Shown here: positions 17,169-25,416 of the stretch, one piece after another
Position numbering within the stretch: position 1 is the stretch's first letter
Layout: each line of letters starts with the position of its first letter
Assembly (NCBI GenBank): GCA_041287245.1
Contig: JBEULP010000062.1
Coordinates: 1-64,000 of the forward strand
Reading direction: 5' to 3'
Length of the DNA stretch: 64,000 nucleotides
Source: Infirmifilum sp.
GTDB taxonomy: Archaea; Thermoproteota; Thermoprotei; Thermofilales; Thermofilaceae
Made by a program: the position numbers and the translations under genes
Notes under the pieces: model-generated
Databases searched by the model: none
Told to the model about the DNA's origin: nothing
What the model saw: the letters and a program-made list of their open reading frames with translations, nothing else

Positions 17169-20003
17169 GTGTCTGTGGCTGCTGAACAGCCTGTTACCGC
17201 GCTTCGGGGCGTGTTGCATGAGAGGCTTGTGGACCTGCTTGAGAGGGAGGGGTATCGTAGCCTAAACTATATTCAGCTCGAGGCTTTGAGGCGCAAGAAC
17301 TCTCAACACCTGTTAATAATAGCTCCTACGGGCTCTGGGAAGACGGAGGCAGCTGTCCTCCCCATTCTTGACAGCCTCCTCCGGGAGGGGGGGAAACCAA
17401 TATATGCTCTCTACGTCACGCCTCTCAGGGCTCTTAACAGGGACATAAACCTTAGGCTCCGTAGGTTTTTCACCTCTCTGGGCTTCGCGGCTGAGATAAG
17501 GCACGGTGATACGCCCCAGGCACAGCGTAGGAGAATAGCTGAAAACCCACCCCACTTTTTGATAACCACGCCTGAGACTCTCCAGTTCATACTCGTAGAC
17601 AAACGGTATAGGGAGAGCCTCGGTAATCTCCGCTGGCTCGTCGTCGACGAGCTTCACGAGCTGATAGACGATAAGAGGGGGGTTCAGCTAAGCCTCGCCC
17701 TGGAGCGGCTCCGCTTACTCTCAAGGGGGCTTCGAGTCATAGCCCTGTCTGCTACGCTGCGCGACCCCCTGGAGGCCCTCGGATTTATAAGCGGCGGCAG
17801 GGGAGGAACTGTTATCGAGTGGTCTCAGAGGAAAAACTACAAAATCATGCTTGCCGACCTTCCAGAAGCACGTGAGGGTGAGCCAGGTGGCCTCGCCCCC
17901 GAGCTCTATGAGAGGATAAAGCTTCTCGTTGATGAGGTCTCGAAAGGAGGTGTGATAATCTTCACTAATACACGTGACACTGCAGAGCTTGTAGGGCGTA
18001 TATTGTCCCACGAGTTTAATCTGGACGTCAGGGTTCACCACGGGAGCCTTTCACGGGAGGAGCGAGAGGAGGCTGAGTCGCTCTTCAAGGAGGGTAAGGT
18101 TAAAGCCATCGTAGCAACTTCTAGCCTGGAGCTGGGGATAGACATCGGCTATGCGAGGCTCGTAGTACAGTTCGGTTCTCCGCGGCAGGCTATAAAGCTC
18201 GTACAGCGCATAGGCCGCTCCAGGCACAGGCTCAGCGAGACCTCCGAGGGGATACTAGTTCCCCTTGGGTTAGAGGACGCCTTAGAGTCAGTGGTTCTCG
18301 GGAGGAGGGCTGTTAACGGGGACCTTGAACAACTCGACTTGTACACAGCCCCCCTCGACGTCCTTGCCCACCAGGTCGCGGGGCTCCTTATGGAGTACCG
18401 CGAGCTCCCCTTGGAGACGCTTTACAGTGTGGTTACTAGGGCACAACCCTACCACAACCTGACCTACGGGGCTCTCTTGGACCTCCTACGCTTCATGGAC
18501 TCCATAGGGACTGCCCGACTCCTAGGGGACAAGGTCAGGGTGGGCAGGCGTACCATCAGCTACTATTACAACGCTGCCTCCATGATACCTGACAACCCCT
18601 CCTTCGAAGTGGAGGACATGGCTTCGAGGAGGAAGATAGGGCACCTAGACTACTCCTTCGCCTCCATCATAGATAGGGGCAAGGTGATCATCCTGGGGGG
18701 CAGGGCCTGGACAATAGAGGAGATAGACATAGAGAGGAACAAGGTCTACGTGACTGAATTCACAAGGGAGCTTGGAGAGCCCCCCGTATGGACAGGCCAG
18801 ACGCTCCCAGTCGAGTACCGCGTGGCCCGGGAGGTCGGCGCTTTTTACAGGAGGCTCGACAGCCTCTTAAAGAAGGGTAGGGAGCACGAGCTCTTCTCGC
18901 TTTACGCTCTACCCCGTGTAGCCTCCCTCCGGCTAAAGGAACTCGTTGAGAAGCAGCGGGCTTTCGGCTTCATGCCCTCAGAAGCGGATCTCGTGGTTGA
19001 GGTTGCCAGGAAGAACGGGAAGACCCTCGCGGTCTACCACACATTCCTAGGGACGAAGGGTAACAACCTGCTGGCACTACTCCTAGCCTTCTCGATAAGG
19101 GGGTTCTACGGCGTAACTGTAAGGTACTACTCGGATCCCTACCGGATATTCCTCTACGCAGACAGCGAGCTCCAGCCTGATAAGCTTCGCGATGCAATCT
19201 TGAAGGGCGTCCCATGGGCCCTCGAGAGGCTTGATGAGGCGGTACGTGACAGTAACGCTTACATGCTCGAGCTTCTCCAGGTTGCGGTACGCCTTGGCGT
19301 GCTGGAGAAGGGTAAGGGTAGAGTCGAGTCGGGCTACCTTTCAACGCTAAAGAGGAAGCTTAGAGGCACTCCGGTAGACCGAGAAGCAATAAGCTCCTGT
19401 CTTGTTGAGCACTTCAACCTAAGGGCTGTTGAAAGCCTGCTTGAGTCCCTAGCCTCTGGCCGGAAGAAGATCCATTTATACACGGTTCCCGATCTAAGCC
19501 CAATCGCGCAGCTGATCTTCGAGAAGCCCTTTGTGAGAACCGGGGTGTTGTCCTCTGGCCTCCCAGTCTCAGCAGTCTTCAACGCGGTGCTAAACCGCCT
19601 CGAGAACAGCAGGGTCTTACTCTACTGTATCCACTGCGACGAATGGTACGCCGAGCTTCGCGTACGCGAGGCGAAGGACATACGTGCATGCCCCAGGTGT
19701 GGCTCGAAGGCTCTAGCCGTGCTCAGACCCTACGAGGCGGACAGCTTGAAGGTGATAAAGAAATGGAAAAAGGGTGTTAAGCTGTCCCCAGAGGAGGCGA
19801 GGTTCGTGGAGAAGGCGAGACAGACAGCCTCCCTTTACATGTCATATGGGTATCCCGCGATTCTGGCGCTCGCAGGCCATGGTATAGGACCCTCAACCGC
19901 CAAGAGCCTCCTATCGAAGAGCAGGGATACGGAGACGCTTGTGAAGAACATCCTACTAGCTGAGGCAAACTACACGAGGACTAGAAAATACTGGGAGGAA
20001 TGA
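17169..20003 (+). CDS. lhr: Lhr-family SF2 helicase
   Basis: APTGSGKT, TTPETL, DELH, HHGSLS, SSLELGIDIG, QRIGRS, C-terminal CxxC..CxxC. Confidence 0.9.
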   Translation: MSVAAEQPVTALRGVLHERLVDLLEREGYRSLNYIQLEALRRKNSQHLLIIAPTGSGKTEAAVLPILDSLLREGGKPIYALYVTPLRALNRDINLRLRRFFTSLGFAAEIRHGDTPQAQRRRIAENPPHFLITTPETLQFILVDKRYRESLGNLRWLVVDELHELIDDKRGVQLSLALERLRLLSRGLRVIALSATLRDPLEALGFISGGRGGTVIEWSQRKNYKIMLADLPEAREGEPGGLAPELYERIKLLVDEVSKGGVIIFTNTRDTAELVGRILSHEFNLDVRVHHGSLSREEREEAESLFKEGKVKAIVATSSLELGIDIGYARLVVQFGSPRQAIKLVQRIGRSRHRLSETSEGILVPLGLEDALESVVLGRRAVNGDLEQLDLYTAPLDVLAHQVAGLLMEYRELPLETLYSVVTRAQPYHNLTYGALLDLLRFMDSIGTARLLGDKVRVGRRTISYYYNAASMIPDNPSFEVEDMASRRKIGHLDYSFASIIDRGKVIILGGRAWTIEEIDIERNKVYVTEFTRELGEPPVWTGQTLPVEYRVAREVGAFYRRLDSLLKKGREHELFSLYALPRVASLRLKELVEKQRAFGFMPSEADLVVEVARKNGKTLAVYHTFLGTKGNNLLALLLAFSIRGFYGVTVRYYSDPYRIFLYADSELQPDKLRDAILKGVPWALERLDEAVRDSNAYMLELLQVAVRLGVLEKGKGRVESGYLSTLKRKLRGTPVDREAISSCLVEHFNLRAVESLLESLASGRKKIHLYTVPDLSPIAQLIFEKPFVRTGVLSSGLPVSAVFNAVLNRLENSRVLLYCIHCDEWYAELRVREAKDIRACPRCGSKALAVLRPYEADSLKVIKKWKKGVKLSPEEARFVEKARQTASLYMSYGYPAILALAGHGIGPSTAKSLLSKSRDTETLVKNILLAEANYTRTRKYWEE

Positions 20004-20091
20004 TAACTCGGGGTTTTTTGCTTCATCCGCTTGGAATCATGCTGGTCTTAGAAGGGCAGAAAAGGTAGTTCTTATAGAGGTTCAGCCGTTT

Positions 20092-21120
20092 TTATAACTT
20101 CTTCTCTACCGTTACTGGTCTACCCTCCCGCACACTCCGCCAGCACGCCTCGGCAATCTCGACTACACGTAGCCCGTCTATTCCCGTTACCGGTGGCGTC
20201 TCGTCCCTCAGAACCGAGTTTATGAAAGCTTGATCCTCGCGCACGTAGGCGTCGTAAAACCTAGACCAGAACCACTGCACCCCCCGGTAGGTAAGCCCAC
20301 CCTTCGTCCCCAGGGCGAAGTTCGGATCTGTCTGGCTGCCAACGTAGATGGTGCCGTCAGTCCCCAGAACCTCCGTCCTCAGGTCATACCCGAACACGCT
20401 CTTCCTACTCCCATGGAGAACCCCGTAAGCCCCGCTCTCAAACTCGAAGTTGACGTTTACGAGGTCGAGGTCGCCCTTAGCTTTAATCTCCTCGTAGAGC
20501 ACCGCAGAGCCCGAGACGTATACCCTGGATACATCGCTTCCAAGGAGGAATCGTGCCATGTCGAAATCGTGGCTGAGCATGTCCAGGAAAATACCCCCGC
20601 TGAGCCTGGGGTCCTGAGCCCACCCGGGAGGAGCGCCCGGGTCCCTAGCTATGTTGATGAACGCGACGGGTCTTCCTATAGAGCCCTCTGCTATGCGCTT
20701 CTTAGCCTCCATGTAGGAGTCGTCGAAACGCCTCATGTAGCCCACCATCAGCTTAAGCCCCTGTCTCTCAGCCTTCCTCACTACCTCCAATGCCTCCTCA
20801 ACCGTCACGGTTATAGGCTTCTCGGTGAAAACGTGCTTACCCGCCTCCAACGCCTTGATTATCATCTCACGATGCAGATGTGTAGGCGTGGTCACGAATA
20901 CGGCGTCCACCTCGGGGTCCTTCAAAACCGCGTCGTAGTCCGTGTAGGACTTGACCTTGAACTTCTCCCCCGTCGACCTTGCCAAGCTCTCCACGACGTC
21001 TACAACCGCTACCAGCCGGGCCTGCTCAACCCTGTATGAGAGGATCTCAGCGTGAACAATGCCGATTCGTCCCAGCCCTGCTACGGCTACACCTAGAGGC
21101 TTCAAGCAACCACCGTTCAA
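20092..21120 (-). CDS. Gfo/Idh/MocA oxidoreductase (inositol 2-dehydrogenase-like)
   Basis: GLGRIG, EKP, GYMRRFD, GGIFLDMLSHDFD. Confidence 0.88.
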   Translation of the reverse strand: MNGGCLKPLGVAVAGLGRIGIVHAEILSYRVEQARLVAVVDVVESLARSTGEKFKVKSYTDYDAVLKDPEVDAVFVTTPTHLHREMIIKALEAGKHVFTEKPITVTVEEALEVVRKAERQGLKLMVGYMRRFDDSYMEAKKRIAEGSIGRPVAFINIARDPGAPPGWAQDPRLSGGIFLDMLSHDFDMARFLLGSDVSRVYVSGSAVLYEEIKAKGDLDLVNVNFEFESGAYGVLHGSRKSVFGYDLRTEVLGTDGTIYVGSQTDPNFALGTKGGLTYRGVQWFWSRFYDAYVREDQAFINSVLRDETPPVTGIDGLRVVEIAEACWRSVREGRPVTVEKKL

Positions 21121-21161
21121 GAAGAGTCTAAAACTTCTGTTAAAACTTTTTAGAAAAAGTT

Positions 21162-21644
21162 TTATATTAACCCCTCGAGAGCCTGAAGAGCCTCCTCCAT
21201 CCAGTTCTCAATCTCGACAACCCTCCCGCACCCAGAAAGCTTTACACGGGGCCTGACGCCCCAGTTCATTTCGACCAGCAGCCCGTACAGCGCCGCCTGA
21301 ACGACCTCGAACCTCCGGAACCCTCCATAACTTTTCAGCTCAACAACCTCCCGGGGGAGACCCTCGACGAACAATACCTGGTCTGCCACCCCGTAGAGCC
21401 AGCCGAACCGAAACCTCCAGGCGAGTGGTAGAGGTGTTGATGCTATCTTCTCGCTCAGTACGAGGCTTAAGTCCCCCCAGAAACGCTCGTGCAGGTAGCG
21501 CCCCTCCGCGGCGCCTCTGCCCCTGCCTCTCCGGTACCTTCCAGCTACCTGGGTTACCGTATATTTCCTCTCATGGGAAGCTAACGCGCGCTCGAAGCGT
21601 TGTAGGGATTGGGATAGGAGCGAGTTGACTATGCTACTTCGCAT
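21162..21644 (-). CDS. PD-(D/E)XK nuclease, RecB/Cas4-like, without Fe-S cysteines
   Basis: GRYLH, GVAD, VELK, QAALY motifs I-IV; start assumed at ATG 21644, overlapping the radA-like stop. Confidence 0.72.
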   Translation of the reverse strand: MRSSIVNSLLSQSLQRFERALASHERKYTVTQVAGRYRRGRGRGAAEGRYLHERFWGDLSLVLSEKIASTPLPLAWRFRFGWLYGVADQVLFVEGLPREVVELKSYGGFRRFEVVQAALYGLLVEMNWGVRPRVKLSGCGRVVEIENWMEEALQALEGLI

Positions 21645-22590
21645 CGTGTAGACCGTCATCCTCTATTCTGAACTCCGCACTAACCCCCTTGGCGAGCCGG
21701 GGGCTGTCGAGAACCTCTACGAGGAAGCTATCCCCGGTCTTCTTCATTAGGAAGCGGTGTGTACTCGCGTGCGCTATGATGTTCCCACCCGCGGGCAGCT
21801 TAACCGCGACACCCCACGCGCTGGGAACGCTAACAACCTGGTTCGTGATGACAGCTACAAGGCTGTAGAGCCTGGAGAGCCTCTTAATCCAGTCGAGCAT
21901 ATAGTTGATCCGCTGCTGCCTCATCGCTAGCCTCTCCCGCCCGCGGAACTGAGCCCTGTAGAGAGCTATAACCGAATCTATGACTACAAGCCTCGCATCA
22001 TTCTTCAGGTACTTCGACAATTCCCTCACCACAAATTCTTCAAGCTCGTCGACGCTGAGCGGCCGTACAACATATATGTTCGCCAGGGGGTCTTCAACTC
22101 CAAACCTCTTAGCTATAGCCTCAACCCTCTCAGGGCTAAACGTCCCCTCAGTGTCCACGTAGACTGCAGAGCCCCCCAGCCCGCCGTGCGATGGGGACAG
22201 CTGAACCGTGACTGCCAGCTGGTGGCAGAGCTGTGTCTTACCACTCCCAAACTCACCGGCAAACTCGTAGATATCGTAGGCAGTCAACCCGCCCCCGAGG
22301 AGGGAGTCTATGGAGCTAACCCCGGTTGTAAGCGAATCGCGCTGCCTAAGCATCGAGGCATACTCCTTCCCGCTTATAGCCTTAGCCTCCCAGCCTATAA
22401 TCCTCCTAGCAGTCCTTACAATCCTGAAGGCTCTCTCGAAGTCGATTCCAGCCATCTCCTCCAGCTCCTCAGGATTGAAGAGCACGAGGTCTTCCAGTGT
22501 TTCAATGCCCGCTGCCTTCAGCCTGGCCACCGTAACCTTGCCGATCCCCTCCTCATGCAAGAGCTCGTCAACGCTGTGCACCGGCATCAC
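21634..22590 (-). CDS. RadA/Rad51-like recombinase, divergent paralog with N-terminal HhH domain
   Basis: GIGKVT HhH, GEFGSGKTQ Walker A, DTEGTF, VIDS Walker B, TNQV, GGNIIAHAST. Confidence 0.88.
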   Translation of the reverse strand: MMPVHSVDELLHEEGIGKVTVARLKAAGIETLEDLVLFNPEELEEMAGIDFERAFRIVRTARRIIGWEAKAISGKEYASMLRQRDSLTTGVSSIDSLLGGGLTAYDIYEFAGEFGSGKTQLCHQLAVTVQLSPSHGGLGGSAVYVDTEGTFSPERVEAIAKRFGVEDPLANIYVVRPLSVDELEEFVVRELSKYLKNDARLVVIDSVIALYRAQFRGRERLAMRQQRINYMLDWIKRLSRLYSLVAVITNQVVSVPSAWGVAVKLPAGGNIIAHASTHRFLMKKTGDSFLVEVLDSPRLAKGVSAEFRIEDDGLHDAK

Positions 22591-23128
22591 CGCAGAAAAC
22601 CTCGTCGTCTACAAGACACTTCCCATCCGCTGTGCAGACAATCCTCCTCGTAAACCTACCTATCTCTTCGAGCCACCTATCCCCGGAAACAACTACAGGC
22701 ACCTTGTAAGTAGCTGCTATACGCCTAAGGATGTCCAGCGCGTAGACAATACCACTGTTCGCGTCCCTTGTAAAACGTTGGTCTAGGTCTTCGACGATCA
22801 CGGGCTTTCTCTCCACGTCGAGCTTCCGGGGAAGATCGAACAAAAGATACTCGAGGAACTCCCCGTCGAGGACTGCTGGGACATAAAAACTCCTCGGGAT
22901 TTCAAGGTCTATCCCGCTTACGAGGATAACCCCGTGGGGTAAAATAACCCTGCTGGAGCAGACCTCGACCTGAGTTGTAAGGGGTTGAAACAGTACCGTG
23001 GTTTCTAGGCTGATCCTCGAAGCCTCATCTGCTAGCTCTCCAAATATCGCTCGGAGCTCCTCATCCCTGAAAACCTTAAGATGGGCTCTCGAGAAGCCCT
23101 CCCTTCCTATAACTATCAACGAGCTCAT
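22568..23128 (-). CDS. Hypothetical protein, possibly a degenerate (Walker A-less) RecA-fold protein
   Basis: PVIVEDLD (Walker B-like) followed by LRRIAATYKVPVVVS, like the RecA-family helix-strand; overlaps both neighbours. Confidence 0.5.
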   Translation of the reverse strand: MSSLIVIGREGFSRAHLKVFRDEELRAIFGELADEASRISLETTVLFQPLTTQVEVCSSRVILPHGVILVSGIDLEIPRSFYVPAVLDGEFLEYLLFDLPRKLDVERKPVIVEDLDQRFTRDANSGIVYALDILRRIAATYKVPVVVSGDRWLEEIGRFTRRIVCTADGKCLVDDEVFCGDAGAQR

Positions 23129-23496
23129 AGGCCCAGCCTCTCCCTCCCCCTCCTGGCTATCACTTGTAGCCAGGGGTTGTCTGCTATAAATGAGGGTGTG
23201 CCCGCGTCCTCTACCGGAGGGCTCTCATGAGTTGTCTCCTCACTCTCCTCCTCCCTGGGTACTACGATGCCGACTAGCTCTCTGAGCTCCCGAAGCCTAC
23301 GGTACAGGTTAATTCCTTTCTCCGAGAGAGAGACGAGGTGTATTCTTCCTTTTTTCCTCGTTCTAATCAAGGAGTATTTTTCTAAAAGCTCTACCGCCTC
23401 CTTTGCCTTTTTCACGTTCTTAGATAATTCCACAAGGGTTTTTTCTCCCTCTCCAATCTTCCAGACCCAGAAGATTATACGTTCAAACTCGTCCAC
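23125..23496 (-). CDS. Winged-helix DNA-binding protein with acidic linker and PSFxxDNPW tail
   Basis: LEKYSLIRTRKKGRIHLVSLSEKG wing signature; first gene of the operon. Confidence 0.7.
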   Translation of the reverse strand: MDEFERIIFWVWKIGEGEKTLVELSKNVKKAKEAVELLEKYSLIRTRKKGRIHLVSLSEKGINLYRRLRELRELVGIVVPREEESEETTHESPPVEDAGTPSFIADNPWLQVIARRGRERLGL

Positions 23497-23519
23497 AAGG
23501 ATTATTGGATTGTTTATGT

Positions 23520-23553
23520 ATAAATATGTTATTATTGAGTATAATCTTGTTAT
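23520..23553. promoter_or_regulatory. Two 13-bp palindromic boxes, 21 bp apart, over the wHTH operon promoter
   Basis: ATAAATATGTTAT (23520-23532) and ATAATCTTGTTAT (23541-23553); the first overlaps the minus-strand TATA-like TTTATACA about 25 nt before the start. Confidence 0.6.
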
Positions 23554-23605
23554 TGTTAGTAGCCGGCGAAAATAACATTATAACGACCCCCCTCTTTAAC
23601 CCGTT

Positions 23606-24385
23606 ATGTCTACAGAGCTCAAGAAAAAGATATTCTGCCCCCAATGCCAAGACTACGTAAAACCAAGGGTCGTTAGAAGCTTCACCCTCTCAGGAGAAGT
23701 GATAATAGAGTATTATTGCCCGAAGCACGGCTTCATCACCTCTGAGAGGAAGACACTACCCCTCCCCCAGAGGAACATAACCCCAGGCGGGCTCTACATA
23801 GTTTTTGAGGGCATTGATGGAAGCGGGAAGACAACCCAGGCGGTAATGCTCTACGAGTACCTTTCGAGGAAAAACTACGAGGTAGTATTAGTCAGGGAGC
23901 CCTGGGTGAAGGCGATAAAGGACTTCCTGTATAAACACGACCTAGACCCCGACGCCGAAGCGTACCTGTTCGCAGCCGACCGGATAATCCTTCAAAAGGA
24001 AGTGGTGCTTCCTGCACTCGAAGCTGGAAAGATAGTTATTTCAGACCGCTCGGTATTCGCGAGCCTAGCGTATCAGGCCGCCCGGGGCCTACCGGAGGAG
24101 TTTATCATGGCTATTAACCGCTCCATACGCCTACCCGACATTGTGATCCTACTTGACCTCAACCCGGATGAGGCTGTGAAGCGGCTTAAAAACAGGGGTG
24201 AGACCACGAGGTTCGAGGATCCCGAGTTTATGGTGAAGGTTCGAGACAAGTATTTGAGCCTCGCCCAGAACTACAACTCCCTATTCGTGGTAGTCGACGC
24301 TTCAAAGCCGATCCGAGAGGTTCACCGGGATATCATCGCAAAGCTAAAGGAAAGGCTGGGCCACAGGTCCATCAACCTGGACTAG
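23606..24385 (+). CDS. tmk: Thymidylate kinase with N-terminal Zn-ribbon extension
   Basis: FEGIDGSGKTT, REP, AADR, SDR..SLAYQ; N-terminal CPQC...CPKH. Confidence 0.9.
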   Translation: MSTELKKKIFCPQCQDYVKPRVVRSFTLSGEVIIEYYCPKHGFITSERKTLPLPQRNITPGGLYIVFEGIDGSGKTTQAVMLYEYLSRKNYEVVLVREPWVKAIKDFLYKHDLDPDAEAYLFAADRIILQKEVVLPALEAGKIVISDRSVFASLAYQAARGLPEEFIMAINRSIRLPDIVILLDLNPDEAVKRLKNRGETTRFEDPEFMVKVRDKYLSLAQNYNSLFVVVDASKPIREVHRDIIAKLKERLGHRSINLD

Positions 24386-24414
24386 CGATAGAAAACAATT
24401 TAACTTCTTGGCGG

Positions 24415-25005
24415 GTGATTTTCCCGGTGGTCATGTTGCGCCGAGGCTCTGTCACCTCAGTGCTCTTGCTGGTACTTCTCCTTGTAGGACTGGCCTTCAT
24501 AGCTGGATACTACTTCGGCATCCGCGGACAGGCACCTTCACTCGGGACGCAACCCGTCGCTACGGGGGTGAGCATTAAGATAATTAACGATAGGGACTAC
24601 TACCCCGTGCTGATGAGCCTACTGTCCAACGCGAACAAATCCATCTATATAGCAATGTTCGAGTTCAAGAGCGATACGGACGAGATCTCCCAAATCGTCG
24701 AAACCCTTATTTCAAAGGCGAGGAAGGGCGTCGACGTTAAAGTAGTGTTGGAAAACTCTATAGACTCCAACGAGCTTACCTACAGGAGACTCCTAGACAA
24801 CGGTGTGGCAGTCAGGTTTGACACGAGGTCTAGGACAACCCATGCAAAACTTATAATTGTAGACGGCAGGTACGTGATAGTGGGCTCCCACAATTTTAGC
24901 TATATGGCGATGATGCGGAACCATGAGGCTAGCGTCCTTATAGACAGCCCCGAAATAGCTAGCGCAGAGACACAATACTTCATGCAGATATGGGGTGGAA
25001 ACTAG
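24415..25005 (+). CDS. Membrane-anchored phospholipase D / Nuc-family protein (single HKD)
   Basis: N-terminal TM; HAKLIIVD...GSHN...NHE; start may be ATG 24433. Confidence 0.85.
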   Translation: MIFPVVMLRRGSVTSVLLLVLLLVGLAFIAGYYFGIRGQAPSLGTQPVATGVSIKIINDRDYYPVLMSLLSNANKSIYIAMFEFKSDTDEISQIVETLISKARKGVDVKVVLENSIDSNELTYRRLLDNGVAVRFDTRSRTTHAKLIIVDGRYVIVGSHNFSYMAMMRNHEASVLIDSPEIASAETQYFMQIWGGN

Positions 25006-25295
25006 TGGAAAAGGACAGTATAGTCGGTCTAATTCTAGTAATCTTCGCACTAACCGTAGGCTCCGCGTATATCTACCTCCTCTTCTTCGCTGGGGAGGCT
25101 CTAAGCCTTCTAATCTTGAAGATCACCGCTCTCCTCACGGTGGGATCATTCCTATTTGTTATACTTGTTATAGGCTTTTCACTCCTTATTTCACCGCCAA
25201 CGGTGAAGATAGAGGAGATGGAGAGAAAATTAGCTGAGGAGCTAAGGAAACTTAAGGAGAAAGGCTACCCCTTCCCCTGGGCGGAGCAAGCATAA
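24990..25295 (+). CDS. Small two-TM membrane protein
   Basis: Two hydrophobic helices plus a charged tail; overlaps the PLD gene. Confidence 0.6.
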   Translation: MGWKLVEKDSIVGLILVIFALTVGSAYIYLLFFAGEALSLLILKITALLTVGSFLFVILVIGFSLLISPPTVKIEEMERKLAEELRKLKEKGYPFPWAEQA

Positions 25296-25416
25296 ACCTG
25301 CCGGCGTCTTTCAAGGCCTCAAGTGAAACTCCGATTCTAACCTGAAGGAAGCGGGAAAAAGACCCCTGGATAAAAGTATTTCTGCGTTTATAGTTTAAAG
25401 AATTCAGGGGTTACTG

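Noticed and set aside
11591..21039. Long antisense ORFs (for example 11591-12376 and 20230-21039)
   Set aside because: Shadow frames of well-supported genes on the opposite strand, with no motifs of their own.
21162..21644. cas4 of a CRISPR-Cas locus
   Set aside because: No four-Cys Fe-S motif, and no other cas gene or array in the window.
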